Program-made: the position numbers and the translations under genes
Notes under the pieces: model-generated
Databases searched by the model: none
Seen by the model: only the letters and a program-made list of their open reading frames with translations
Told to the model about the DNA's origin: nothing
From: Planctomycetota bacterium
GTDB lineage: Bacteria > Planctomycetota > UBA1135 > UBA2386
Direction of reading: 5' to 3'
NCBI GenBank assembly: GCA_965223545.1
Contig: OZ245006.1
Coordinates: 352,001 to 416,000, forward strand
Length of the DNA: 64,000 bases
Part shown: positions 1-9,704 of the stretch, piece by piece
Numbering within the stretch: position 1 is the stretch's first letter
Layout of the letters: every line of letters begins with the position of its first letter

Positions 1-242
1 TCCCGCGCCAACGGGTTGAACTCGTCGACGCTGTGGAACAAGCCCCAGTCGTGGTTGCCCATGATCGTCCAGGCGCAGCGCTGCATGACCATCGTCACGC
101 ACTCCTCGGGGTCGGCGCCATAGCCGACGACGTCGCCGAGGCAGCAGACCTCGTCGACGCCGAGCCGGTCGATCCTCGCCAGCACCGCCTCCAGCGCCTC
201 CGCGTTGCTGTGCAGATCGGAGATCAGGGCGACCGTCGTCAC
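1..242 (-). CDS. Calcineurin-like metallophosphoesterase (N-terminal part; runs off the left edge)
   Basis: Not in the ORF track. Manual translation from GTG at 242 gives MTTVALISDLHSNAEAL...CCLGDVVGYG...IMGNHDWG, with the DxH, GDxV and GNHD motifs. GTGA overlap with the stop of the DHH gene. Confidence 0.9.
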   Translation of the reverse strand, partial: MTTVALISDLHSNAEALEAVLARIDRLGVDEVCCLGDVVGYGADPEECVTMVMQRCAWTIMGNHDWGLFHSVDEFNPLAR

Positions 243-1234
243 CGCCCCCCCGCGTCGATCCCCGCGCACTGCAGCGCCTGCGCCACCCGTTCCGACAGGA
301 CCTCCGCGGCTTTGCTCAGCGGGCCGTCGAGCACCGCGCCGGCCGCCTTGACGTGACCGCCCCCACCGAACTCGGCGGCGATGGCGCGCACGTCGACCGC
401 GCCGCTGGCGCGCAGCGAGAGCTTCACCGCGCCGTCGAAGCGCTCCTTCAACAACGCGACCACCTCGATCCCACCGATGCAACGCAACGGCTCCAGCACG
501 CCATCGGTCTCGAACGAGATCTCGGCTGCCCGCGCCATCGCCGCCTTGTCCATCATTGCGTACGCGTAGCGCCCGCCCAGCTCGACCCGATGTGTCGCCA
601 ACGCACGCTGCAGCAATTCCACCGAACCGGTGTGCATCTGTCGGTGCATCGCGTCGTAGATCCGCGCCGGTTCGACACCGGCCCGCACCAGTTCCGCTGC
701 GATCGACAGAGTCTCGGCGTCGGTATTGGAGTAGCGGAACCAACCGGTGTCCGCCACCAGCGAGACGAACACACCTTCGGCGGCCGCCTGCGACAGTTGC
801 ACGCGGTAGTGCTCATAGAGCCGGTGGACCAACGTCCCGGTGGAGGCAGCCGTGCTGTCCACGTAGCACACCTGGCCATCGCCATCTTCGCTGCCGACGT
901 GGTGGTCGATGACCGCCAGCGGCAACCCGGCCCGGCGAATGCACTGGCCCAGGTCCGCGAGCCGGCTCAGCTGGGCGCAGTCCAACAGGACGACCAAAGA
1001 GATGTCCGAGAGATCGGTCTCGCCTCGCGCCACCCCATAAGGCGTGTGTGCCGTGAGAGCGGCATGCGCCGCCGGCACGGGATCCGGGTTGAGGATGCGC
1101 ACCTCCTTGCCCTGCGCGCGCAGCAGGTGATAGAGCGCCGCTTGCGCCCCCAGGCAGTCACCGTCCGGGTGCTCGTGCCCGCAGAGCAAGAAGCTCGAGT
1201 GACTCTCGATCAGCTGGAGAAAGCGGGAATCCAC
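239..1234 (-). CDS. nrnA: DHH/DHHA1 phosphoesterase (NanoRNase A / pAp phosphatase-like)
   Basis: Motifs HEHPDGDCLG, LLDC, IDHH, DTGWF, GGGH. The start is probably GTG at 1234; the track's 1450 start overlaps the divergent gene. Confidence 0.85.
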   Translation of the reverse strand: MDSRFLQLIESHSSFLLCGHEHPDGDCLGAQAALYHLLRAQGKEVRILNPDPVPAAHAALTAHTPYGVARGETDLSDISLVVLLDCAQLSRLADLGQCIRRAGLPLAVIDHHVGSEDGDGQVCYVDSTAASTGTLVHRLYEHYRVQLSQAAAEGVFVSLVADTGWFRYSNTDAETLSIAAELVRAGVEPARIYDAMHRQMHTGSVELLQRALATHRVELGGRYAYAMMDKAAMARAAEISFETDGVLEPLRCIGGIEVVALLKERFDGAVKLSLRASGAVDVRAIAAEFGGGGHVKAAGAVLDGPLSKAAEVLSERVAQALQCAGIDAGGR

Positions 1235-1358
1235 GATGAGGCTGCTCTGCCGGACTGTAGGGCAGCGCTCCGCACAGCTCAATGCGGGGGCGCTGCGGGA
1301 CGCACAGAACTCCTCCGAACCTCTACGCTGGCCGGCAAAGCCAGATGCGACTCGACCC

Positions 1359-2876
1359 ATGACCCCGAACATGACCCTCGCGACCGCGCTGTCGGTGCTT
1401 TCTCTGTGCGCCCCGTTGGCCGCCCAGCCCCAGCTGTCCGCGCCGCGCACCCTCGCCGCCCAAGCTGGGCAGATCGCGCTGGCCTACGACGAGCCCAACG
1501 ATCGATTCCTCGTCGCCTACACCAGCGCCGCGGGAGTGAAGGGCACCTTGGTCCAGGCCGACGGCTCGATCGCGGCCGGGCCGTTTCCGATATCCACCCG
1601 CAATGCCCGTGACGTCGCCGTCGGCAACGTCGCTGCCCGCGGCGCATTCGTCGCGGTGTACCCCCGCGGAATCCCGTCGGCGCTCTACGGCGTGGTGATC
1701 GACGCGGCGACCGGCGCGGTGTCTCCGGAGATCCTCGTCGACTCGACCGAGGGCTTTGCGCTGTTCGAGCCGGCGCTCTCCGACGCGACCACCGGGCTCG
1801 ACGCGCTGACGTTGGCCTACACCCGCCGAGACAACGCCGCGTGCTTCGTCAACTGCCTCTCGATCGGCGCCGCCCGACTCGCCGTCAGTGCCGCTCTGCG
1901 GCTGCAGGTCGTCCGCCGCGCGGTCATCGGCCACGACATCAGCCGGCCGCGGCTGGCCGAGTCCACCGTCGCTGCCGGCACCGTGGTGATGAGCTATACG
2001 GGCTACAGCACGATCAGCACCACCGTGCACGCGTCGTTCCAGACGGTCGACGCGACCTTGACCGGCACCGGCGCGACCTGGCTCCACTCGATCGCGGACA
2101 ACCTCTCCACCGGCATCGGCGGAGACGGATCCTCCTGGCACGTCGCGGTCGGCACCGCGTTCGACCTCCGTGGCTACCGCCTCGACTCCGGTGGGCAAGC
2201 GCCGGTCCTCGGCACTGGCGGCGTGTTGGTCTCCGGCGTGACCTCGGCGGTGCAGCCCGTCGTCCTCGGCCAATCCGCGCTCGTGTTCCACCAAACGCTC
2301 AGCAGCGGGCGGTCGGAACTCTGGCTGCGGTCGCGCACGCCAACCGGCTGTGGAGCGTGCGAGGCACCGCGCCTGGTGGCAGCCGACAGTCCCGGGTTCG
2401 CGGTCGCCGCGCGGCGGCGCAATGGTCGGCCGGCCGACCGCGCGCTGCTCGCATGGCGCGTCGCGGCAACGCTGCAATCGGCCGTGGTGAACGTCGCCGA
2501 CGGCGCGGTGACCGACCTGGGCGGCGGCTGCGGCGCGGGCGCGCGCGCGTTCGTCGGCTGCGCCCGCCCCGGCAACGCGTGCTTCGTCCACGAGGTGCGC
2601 GGCGCTCCACCGCGCTCGTTGGCCTGGCTGGCGATCGGCAGTCGGCCAGCTCTGCTCTCCTGCGGTCCCTGTCAGCTGCGCGTCGACCCCGTCGGCGCGG
2701 CCCTCCTCTGGACCCGCATCGATACGCGCGGACAGGGCAGGCAGACCACCCCGCTGCCGGCATCACCGGCGCTGGTCGGGGCTCGATTCGTCGAGCAGTG
2801 GTTGGTCTTCGAGCCCTCGGGCTGCGCGCCGTATGGCGTCGCCCTCAGCAACGCCCTGGACACAACCATCCAGTAG
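1359..2876 (+). CDS. Secreted beta-rich hypothetical protein with a ~120-aa C-terminal domain
   Basis: Signal peptide (LATALSVLSLCAPLAA-Q). The C-terminus GGGCG...PLPASPALVG...ALSNALDTTIQ resembles that of the ELWxxDGT protein. Start is ATG 1359 or 1371. Confidence 0.75.
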   Translation: MTPNMTLATALSVLSLCAPLAAQPQLSAPRTLAAQAGQIALAYDEPNDRFLVAYTSAAGVKGTLVQADGSIAAGPFPISTRNARDVAVGNVAARGAFVAVYPRGIPSALYGVVIDAATGAVSPEILVDSTEGFALFEPALSDATTGLDALTLAYTRRDNAACFVNCLSIGAARLAVSAALRLQVVRRAVIGHDISRPRLAESTVAAGTVVMSYTGYSTISTTVHASFQTVDATLTGTGATWLHSIADNLSTGIGGDGSSWHVAVGTAFDLRGYRLDSGGQAPVLGTGGVLVSGVTSAVQPVVLGQSALVFHQTLSSGRSELWLRSRTPTGCGACEAPRLVAADSPGFAVAARRRNGRPADRALLAWRVAATLQSAVVNVADGAVTDLGGGCGAGARAFVGCARPGNACFVHEVRGAPPRSLAWLAIGSRPALLSCGPCQLRVDPVGAALLWTRIDTRGQGRQTTPLPASPALVGARFVEQWLVFEPSGCAPYGVALSNALDTTIQ

Positions 2877-2904
2877 ACGGTACGGAGCCTGGCTCCGTAC
2901 CATC
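2876..2904. terminator. Hairpin between convergent genes (possible bidirectional terminator)
   Basis: GGTACGGAGC-ctg-GCTCCGTACC perfect 10-bp stem; no clear U-tract. Confidence 0.5.
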
Positions 2905-2936
2905 ACGCTGACGGTAGGTCAGGTTCGGCGGGGTGA

Positions 2937-5519
2937 TCAGGCCTCGAAGTAGACCGTTACGCGGGTGATCTCGATGCTGGCGGAGACCGCGAGGTCGTAG
3001 AGCACCAGGAACCGATAGCCGGTGGCGTCGTCGTCGTCGAGCACGCCTTCGCCGGCCGGTGCGAAGCGGCCGACGTAGCGGCGCCAGTCGCCGATCGTGG
3101 CGGGGTCGACTTGGCCGGTGGTGGCCTGCACCTGCGCGCCCTGGAAGTAGACCTGCACGGCGGAACCCATTCCGATCGCCGGCCCCATGGCGCGGAAGCC
3201 ACTGGGCCCGGTCCAGCTCGGGTCGTCCGAGTAGAACACGTCCTGCCCGTCCAGCTTGGCGCGCACTTCGTAGCGCAGGAACGTCGGCTTGAACAGCTGT
3301 CGCGTCGGGTAGAAGCGCGACTGGTCGCCGACCTGCAGGTCGGAGTCGCTGAGCACCCCGACGCTGTTCGCGGTGGCCGCCGGCACGGTGTTCGGAAGCA
3401 GGCTCGGACCGCCGCCGTTGGGGGTCTCCAGCCGCACCGAGCCCGCGGCTCCGTCGCCACCGACGACGTGCACGATGTAGATCGCGCCGTCTTGATAGGT
3501 GCCGCCCTTGCCGCCGCTGGTGTCGATCGCGCCGAGCACACTCGACGCCCCGCCGCACTGCATCAGGATCGAGCCACCCGAGCCGCCACCGCCGGGAGAC
3601 AGGGGCGGCGAGCCCGACGGGCTCAGACCACCACGGCCGCCGAAGGCCTGGATCTCCGAGCCGGCTTCGGTGCGAATGTTGCCGCCGGCGCGGAACAGGA
3701 TCGCGCCACCGCCACCGCCACCACCGGTCCCCGGCTTCCACACCACCGGCGTGTTCAGCAAGGAGAAGTGGGGGTGCGAACCGGAACCACCGCCACCGGA
3801 GCCGCCGACCATGAAGTGATCCACGGACCGGGTGCCGGACGGCACCGGGAACAGGTCGAACGCGATGCCGCCCGTCGAGTCGGGCCCGGCGTTCTGCTTG
3901 CTGCCGTTGGTCGAGATCACCTCGCCCTTGGCGCCCTGGGCGGCGAAGCCACCACCGGCACCACCGGCCGCGATCTGCGCGGAGAACTGACCCGCCTGCA
4001 GCGAGTAAGTGACCTGCAGCGGCGCCACCGGATACTGCAACGAGCCGCCACCACCGGTGCCGACCGCCCGCGCCGAGTAGGCGTGACCCGCCGGCAGGAG
4101 CACGTCCTCACCGGGCAAGCCATTCGAGGGGTTGGTCAAGCCGGTCGACGCACGCGCGCCATCGCCGCCCTTGGCGCCACCAGGGGCTCCGGCAGCGCCG
4201 GGCTGGCCGAGCAGCCCACCCTGATAGACACCGGGCGACGGCGCGTTGAGCTCGATCTTGCCGCGCACGTTGATTTCACCGCGAACGAACACCTGGGGCG
4301 GGGTCGAACCGACCCAACGCAGGACGGTGTTCTCGGGCACTTCGAAGCGCGAGAAGAAGAACACGCCGTCGGTGACGGTCACGTCGTTGCCATCCAGCGT
4401 GCGGGCACCGGGAATGGTCTGGTTGTCGGTGTTCCACTCGTAGATCGGATCGGCACCCAGCGGCACGGTGACCGCCCTGCCGTCCCGGATGTCGAATTCG
4501 CCCATCAAGCCGTGGCCGCCGATGACGCCCGGCTTCGCGCTGCCGTTGCCCCAGGAACCCGACGAGTACGCCGGGTCGAGCTGACCGCCGGTACCGAAGC
4601 TCTCGGACACCTCGAACTCCTGCGGCTGGCCGGCATCGGTGATGAAGGAGAAGACCCGGCGCGCGGCGGGCTTGCCGGACAGGTCGGTGACCCGGTCGGT
4701 GACCTCCACCTCGACGCAAACTCCGCCCGGCAGCTGCACGGTCGGCTTGAGGACGACCTGGGTCGTCTTGTTGATGGGATCGACGATCGCCTGCGGCACG
4801 CCGCCGAGGTCGACCGCCGGCTGGGCGGGATCACATTCGACACCACCACCCGCCTTTGGACGGGTGCGACGCAGCCGATACAGCACCGGCGCGGTCGCCG
4901 TGGTCGCCCCCTGGAACGGCTGCACGTCGAGGATCTCGCTGAACGCCAGGATGATCGTCACCGACGTCGGCACCCCCGTCGTGCTCGCCGGTGAGATCAT
5001 CGTGCCGACGGGCGGTTGGCCGTCGAGGTCCTCGACCCCGCGCGTCACGTTGAGAGTGCACGACAGGGTCTGCGGCAACCGGTCGCCCGACGTCGAGCGC
5101 AGCGACTGTGGCTCGGCCGGCCCACCCGGCAGCGTCAGGATGTAGGTCTCGTTGGCGCGGAAGCCGAATGACGTCACTCCACCGACGATCTTGATGTCCG
5201 GCTCGAACCGCAGCTCGTTCCCGTTGACCAGCAGCCGGCCGACCGGTGCCTCGCCGTTGCGCGTCTGGATCGACACCGAGGCCGCGTTGACCGACGACGG
5301 GTCGATGGGCGCGTTGAACTGAATGACGATCGGCTGGTTCTGGGCGATGTCCGTCACCCCACAACCTCCGTTCGCACAGCCGAGGTTGCAGTTTTGGATG
5401 CAGAACTGGCCCCCACCCGCGCAGCGCGCCGACGCCGAGGTCGGGCCATCGGAGCCACCGGAGCACGATGCGAACAGGAAGCCGCCGAGCAGCAAGGCGA
5501 TCAGGAACGGATTCTTCAT
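2937..5519 (-). CDS. Large lipoprotein, family A (Cys-rich N-terminus, Ig-like domains, Gly-rich region), 860 aa
   Basis: Lipobox FAS-C; I.F..PID..SV and VTDLSG patterns typical of Big_5/SbsA-like Ig domains; GGxGG runs; collinear with the 888-aa neighbour. Confidence 0.8.
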   Translation of the reverse strand: MKNPFLIALLLGGFLFASCSGGSDGPTSASARCAGGGQFCIQNCNLGCANGGCGVTDIAQNQPIVIQFNAPIDPSSVNAASVSIQTRNGEAPVGRLLVNGNELRFEPDIKIVGGVTSFGFRANETYILTLPGGPAEPQSLRSTSGDRLPQTLSCTLNVTRGVEDLDGQPPVGTMISPASTTGVPTSVTIILAFSEILDVQPFQGATTATAPVLYRLRRTRPKAGGGVECDPAQPAVDLGGVPQAIVDPINKTTQVVLKPTVQLPGGVCVEVEVTDRVTDLSGKPAARRVFSFITDAGQPQEFEVSESFGTGGQLDPAYSSGSWGNGSAKPGVIGGHGLMGEFDIRDGRAVTVPLGADPIYEWNTDNQTIPGARTLDGNDVTVTDGVFFFSRFEVPENTVLRWVGSTPPQVFVRGEINVRGKIELNAPSPGVYQGGLLGQPGAAGAPGGAKGGDGARASTGLTNPSNGLPGEDVLLPAGHAYSARAVGTGGGGSLQYPVAPLQVTYSLQAGQFSAQIAAGGAGGGFAAQGAKGEVISTNGSKQNAGPDSTGGIAFDLFPVPSGTRSVDHFMVGGSGGGGSGSHPHFSLLNTPVVWKPGTGGGGGGGAILFRAGGNIRTEAGSEIQAFGGRGGLSPSGSPPLSPGGGGSGGSILMQCGGASSVLGAIDTSGGKGGTYQDGAIYIVHVVGGDGAAGSVRLETPNGGGPSLLPNTVPAATANSVGVLSDSDLQVGDQSRFYPTRQLFKPTFLRYEVRAKLDGQDVFYSDDPSWTGPSGFRAMGPAIGMGSAVQVYFQGAQVQATTGQVDPATIGDWRRYVGRFAPAGEGVLDDDDATGYRFLVLYDLAVSASIEITRVTVYFEA

Positions 5520-5580
5520 GGAACGCGGAACGAAGCGGAGGGAAACGGGGGGAAAGGCCGACGGCCGGGCACGCGCTGGT

Positions 5581-8247
5581 TCACAGGGGGCGGAACACGA
5601 TGCGCACGTGGTCGACGACCGCGGTGGTCGACAGTGCGCGGTCGAACAGCAGCAAGAAGCGAATCATCACCGCGCCGTCGGTGTGCACCGATGCCTGGCC
5701 CGCGGCGTGGTCGCCGACGTAGCGACGCCAGGGCTTGATGCTGTCGGGATCGACCTGGCCGAGCGCGTCGACACCGGCACCCTGCGCGTAGAAGCGCACC
5801 GGCTGACCCTGTCCGGCCAACATGCCGACCGCGGGGTCGTCGCTGTAGGTCACCACCGGCGCACCCGGCGATGGGATCAGGTCCATCTCGTAGCGCTCGA
5901 AGATCGGCGGGAACACCTGCAGGGTCGGGGTCCAGATGGAGACCGCACCGACCAACGAGTCCTCCGCCGTCAGCGGGGCCACGGTGATGGACGGTGTGAT
6001 GACTTGACCTTGCGGACCTAGCGCCATGGGCTCGGTTTCCTTCAACAGGGTCAGTGCCGGTGTCTGGGTCGTCTCCAGCCGGAGGAAGCCATGGCTGGCG
6101 TCTCCGCCCTTGGACTGCATGTTCCAGTTGGTCGGAATGCCGAACGACGAACCGCCGAGGCCGCCGGCGATCGAGATCTTGCCGGTCTGCAGGACCGAGG
6201 ATGCGACTTGCAGCAGGACGCTGCCGCCGGCACCCGCGCCTCCCGGCACCCCGAAGTTGTTGGCGCTGAAACTCGGCGCGTCCCCCGTGCTCCCGCCGGA
6301 GGCATCGATCACGCCATCCAGCCCGAGCTCGAAGTCACGGCCGATGCGCAAACCGAGCGCACCGCCGCCACCGGCGCCGCCGCCACCGGACCGCCAGCGA
6401 ATCTGCGTGCTGCCGGGCTGCGACACCGACAGGAACGGGTGCGACCCCGCGCCGCCGCCGCCGGCACCGCCGATCAGCATGTGATCCCACGCGTCGACGC
6501 CGGCGGGAATCGGCAGCAGGTCGAACTGGGTCCCCGCGTCTGCCGGCGGGCCAGCCTCTGCCGGCGCGCCCGTCGGCGTGACCAGCACCTCGCCCTCACT
6601 GCCCGCGACGGCAAAGCCAGCGCCACCACCACCGGCCGCGACTTGCCCGGAGAACTGTCCCAGGACCTGCGTCATGTCGACGTCGCTGTCCAAGCCGGTC
6701 GCCGGGAACTGGCCGGAGCCGCGACCGGCCGAGTTGCGCGCCCGCGTCGCATAGGCGTGCCCCGCCGGCACCTGTGCATCCTGACCGTTGCGGCCGTTGA
6801 ACCGGGGCTGGTTGCCCTGGCCATCGCCCATGTCGGCACCGTCGCCACCCGCGGCGGAACCCGCCGCGCCGCCGCTGCTGCCGCCGACCGCACCGGCCTG
6901 CCCGACCGGGTCGTTGCCGTCCGGCGCCATCAAGCTGCCCCCGGCGAGGTCGAGGATGCCGTCGACCTTCATCAGGCCGCGCACGAAGATCCGCGCCGGG
7001 TTGCTTCCCACGAAGCGCACCCGCACGCCCTTGGTCAGCACGAACTTGCTGAACCGGAACACACCGTCGGTGACGACTTCGTCGTTCCCGCTGAGGGTGT
7101 GCGAGCGGACGCCGGCGAAGTTGTGGGTGCGCGGAATCAGCTGATTGTCGGTGTTCCACTCCCACACGTTGGGCTCGACCTCGACGCCCAGCTCGGGGGC
7201 GAACACTCCGTGCGCGCCGTCCCAGCCGATGTCACCGGCCATCGCAACACCACCGCCCCACGCCCCGGAGGACGAGTCGAACTCCATGCCGAGACTGTTC
7301 TGGAACGACTCGTGCAGCGTCACCGCTGGCTGTGGAGTTGGCCGGGTGGTGAACTGGAAGCGTTGGCCCGGCGACGGAGTGCCGGCGAGATCCTCGACGC
7401 GCGCGGTGACCTCGACGTGGATGCAGACGCCGCTCGGTGCCGTCTGCGCCGGCACGAAGGTCGCGGTCGTCAGCTGGCGCACCAAGTCGTCGCGCAGATC
7501 CCAGGTGCCCAACAGCTCCTGCGGAACGAACGCCGGATCGCACTCGGTGCCGCCGCCCGCCGCCGGCCGCTGGCGCTGGACGCGCACGACGATCGGCTGG
7601 TTGGCGGCCGTCGAGGTGAGGAACGGCGCGTGGGTGATGAACTCGCTGAACTCGAGCACGATCTGCGCATTCGGCGCGAACGGACCGTTCCCGGCCGGCG
7701 AGATCATGTCCGCCTGCGGCGGCGCCTCGTCGAGGTCGAGCACGCCGCGCGACACGGTCAGCGCGCACTGGTACGGCGCGGCGAGCTCGTCGCCGGACAC
7801 CGAACGCAGCACGGAAGGCTGCGACGCGCCCGCCGGCAGCGATAGCAAGTAGGTCTCGCCGGCGCGGAAGCCGAAGAAGCTCGTGGCGCCGACCGACAGC
7901 ACCTCGGGCAAGAAGGTGACCACCGAACCCGACACCAAGAAGGTGCCCACCGGCTCTTCACCGGCGGCCGTGCGCAGCGACACCGTCGACGAGTTGACCG
8001 TCGCGGGATCCACGTCCTGGTTGAAGGTGAAGATCAGCGGTTGGTTCTGCGCGATCTGGTTGATGCTGCAGCCCGCGGTCGTGCAGCCCAGGTTGCAGGA
8101 AGCCAGGCACAGGGCCTCGCTCTGCGGAACTCCCGTGGCGCAGCTCGGCACTACCGGTCCCGGGTCGGTGGCGGAACCGCCGGAGCAGGCGGCCAGCGCC
8201 AAGAGACACGGAATCGACAAGAGTACGGAGCGGCTCAGCATGGGCAC
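5581..8247 (-). CDS. Large lipoprotein, family A, 888 aa (paralog of 2937-5519)
   Basis: Lipobox LAA-C. Shares IAQNQP, GFRAxETY, EWNTDNQ, VTDGVF, PAGHAY, GSHP and WRRYVG with its neighbour. Start is 8247 or 8241. Confidence 0.8.
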   Translation of the reverse strand: MPMLSRSVLLSIPCLLALAACSGGSATDPGPVVPSCATGVPQSEALCLASCNLGCTTAGCSINQIAQNQPLIFTFNQDVDPATVNSSTVSLRTAAGEEPVGTFLVSGSVVTFLPEVLSVGATSFFGFRAGETYLLSLPAGASQPSVLRSVSGDELAAPYQCALTVSRGVLDLDEAPPQADMISPAGNGPFAPNAQIVLEFSEFITHAPFLTSTAANQPIVVRVQRQRPAAGGGTECDPAFVPQELLGTWDLRDDLVRQLTTATFVPAQTAPSGVCIHVEVTARVEDLAGTPSPGQRFQFTTRPTPQPAVTLHESFQNSLGMEFDSSSGAWGGGVAMAGDIGWDGAHGVFAPELGVEVEPNVWEWNTDNQLIPRTHNFAGVRSHTLSGNDEVVTDGVFRFSKFVLTKGVRVRFVGSNPARIFVRGLMKVDGILDLAGGSLMAPDGNDPVGQAGAVGGSSGGAAGSAAGGDGADMGDGQGNQPRFNGRNGQDAQVPAGHAYATRARNSAGRGSGQFPATGLDSDVDMTQVLGQFSGQVAAGGGGAGFAVAGSEGEVLVTPTGAPAEAGPPADAGTQFDLLPIPAGVDAWDHMLIGGAGGGGAGSHPFLSVSQPGSTQIRWRSGGGGAGGGGALGLRIGRDFELGLDGVIDASGGSTGDAPSFSANNFGVPGGAGAGGSVLLQVASSVLQTGKISIAGGLGGSSFGIPTNWNMQSKGGDASHGFLRLETTQTPALTLLKETEPMALGPQGQVITPSITVAPLTAEDSLVGAVSIWTPTLQVFPPIFERYEMDLIPSPGAPVVTYSDDPAVGMLAGQGQPVRFYAQGAGVDALGQVDPDSIKPWRRYVGDHAAGQASVHTDGAVMIRFLLLFDRALSTTAVVDHVRIVFRPL

Positions 8248-8640
8248 CCCTCGGTGACCGGGAACAGAGTCGAAAACACGGAAGGGCCGGACCCGATCGG
8301 GGCTGCCGGGGGGCGGCCAAGGGCACTCATAAACATACCAAAACCAGGAGGATATGGCGGTGGATTCACCGCGTGGGCAGCATCGCCCCGCAGCATCGCA
8401 CCAAACACCATACCAGCGGAGCGCAAGCCGACCACGCGGGGCTGTGGGCCGGTGAGCCTAACCGCTGTTCGCAACGGTCCCCAGCTGGATCCGCGCGGCC
8501 TTGGGCAGTTTTTCGCCACCCCCGACGGACCGGGCGAACGCCCCCGCGCGCCGCCCGTGGTGAGCGTTATCCCACGCCCAACTGTTCGACAACGAACGCC
8601 ACGGTGACCGCCCGCAATCGCGGTGCTAGTCTGCGGCGCC

Positions 8641-9687
8641 ATGGCCACCGCCGATCCGTCCAGCTCCCCGCCGCCACCCGGCCGCGCCGCCCATCCCGCG
8701 CTGATCGGGTTGTCGGTGATCACCCTCGGTTGCGTCGCCTACGGGCTCTACTCGAGTCAGCGGCGTCACGACCAGCTCGAGGACCGGCTCGCGGAGGTGC
8801 GTGCAGCGGTCGAGAAGCAGGCCGCCGGCCTGCAGCTGCTGCGCTTCGAGAGCCGCAGCAAGAAAGGCCTCGGGATGGAGGCACTGTGCGATCAACTCGC
8901 GTTCTGGGGGGAACAGTACGACCACGCGTCCACCCCTCAGGTCGAGCGCCCGGCGATCCAGGAGCGCCTCGACGGCGTCCTCGAGGCGATGGAGTTCATC
9001 GGCGGGGAGCGCGCCGTCGCCGAGCTCGAGCGTCGCTTCGTCGCGCTCGATGCCGAACGGGAGGCCGCGGTGCGCGAGTGGGTCCTGCGCGCACTGGCTC
9101 ATCTGAACACCGAACGCAGCCGCGAGGTCCTGGCGACCGTCGCCCGCGGGCTCGAGTTCCGCACCACTCCGGCGATCCGCCTGTTCGCCGCCAAGGAGCT
9201 GCTGCGCTTGGCGCCGGACCGGGGCGCAGAAGTGGTGCGCGACATCCTGCGCCTGGAGAGCGCGCATGGGCTCGACATCCAGCGCGTGCCGGTCGACCAG
9301 CGGCCGTTGTACGAGCGCCACATCGACAACTTCCCCGCCAACCGCGCCTTCTACAACTACGTCGACCTCTTCGCCAGCTCGGGGAGCGACGATCGGGAGA
9401 GCGAGCTCTTGATGCTTCTGGGTCGGTACCGCGAGCACGATCTGCTCACCACCCAGCAAGCCGTGAAATCGCTGGCGGCGCTCGGCTCGCGGCAGGCGTC
9501 CGACACCATCAAACAGCTGTTCGAACGGCCACCCGACAGCTTCAACCCGCTGTTCCGCAACCACTGCCTCGACGCGCTGGCGGCGATTCTCGCCGACGAC
9601 GCCCACCCCTACTTTCGCGAGGCACTGGCCAAGGAGCGCAACGAGCTGGTGCGCGCCAAGCTGAACGACCTGCTCGGCAGCGGCTGA
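8641..9687 (+). CDS. Membrane-anchored HEAT-repeat-like helical protein
   Basis: N-terminal TM (LIGLSVITLGCVAYGLY), coiled coil, then HEAT-like repeats (VREWVLRALAHL, AVKSLAALG, CLDALAAI). TAGTCT lies 8 nt before ATG 8641. Confidence 0.7.
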   Translation: MATADPSSSPPPPGRAAHPALIGLSVITLGCVAYGLYSSQRRHDQLEDRLAEVRAAVEKQAAGLQLLRFESRSKKGLGMEALCDQLAFWGEQYDHASTPQVERPAIQERLDGVLEAMEFIGGERAVAELERRFVALDAEREAAVREWVLRALAHLNTERSREVLATVARGLEFRTTPAIRLFAAKELLRLAPDRGAEVVRDILRLESAHGLDIQRVPVDQRPLYERHIDNFPANRAFYNYVDLFASSGSDDRESELLMLLGRYREHDLLTTQQAVKSLAALGSRQASDTIKQLFERPPDSFNPLFRNHCLDALAAILADDAHPYFREALAKERNELVRAKLNDLLGSG

Positions 9688-9704
9688 GGGCCGGGCTGGC
9701 GGGC

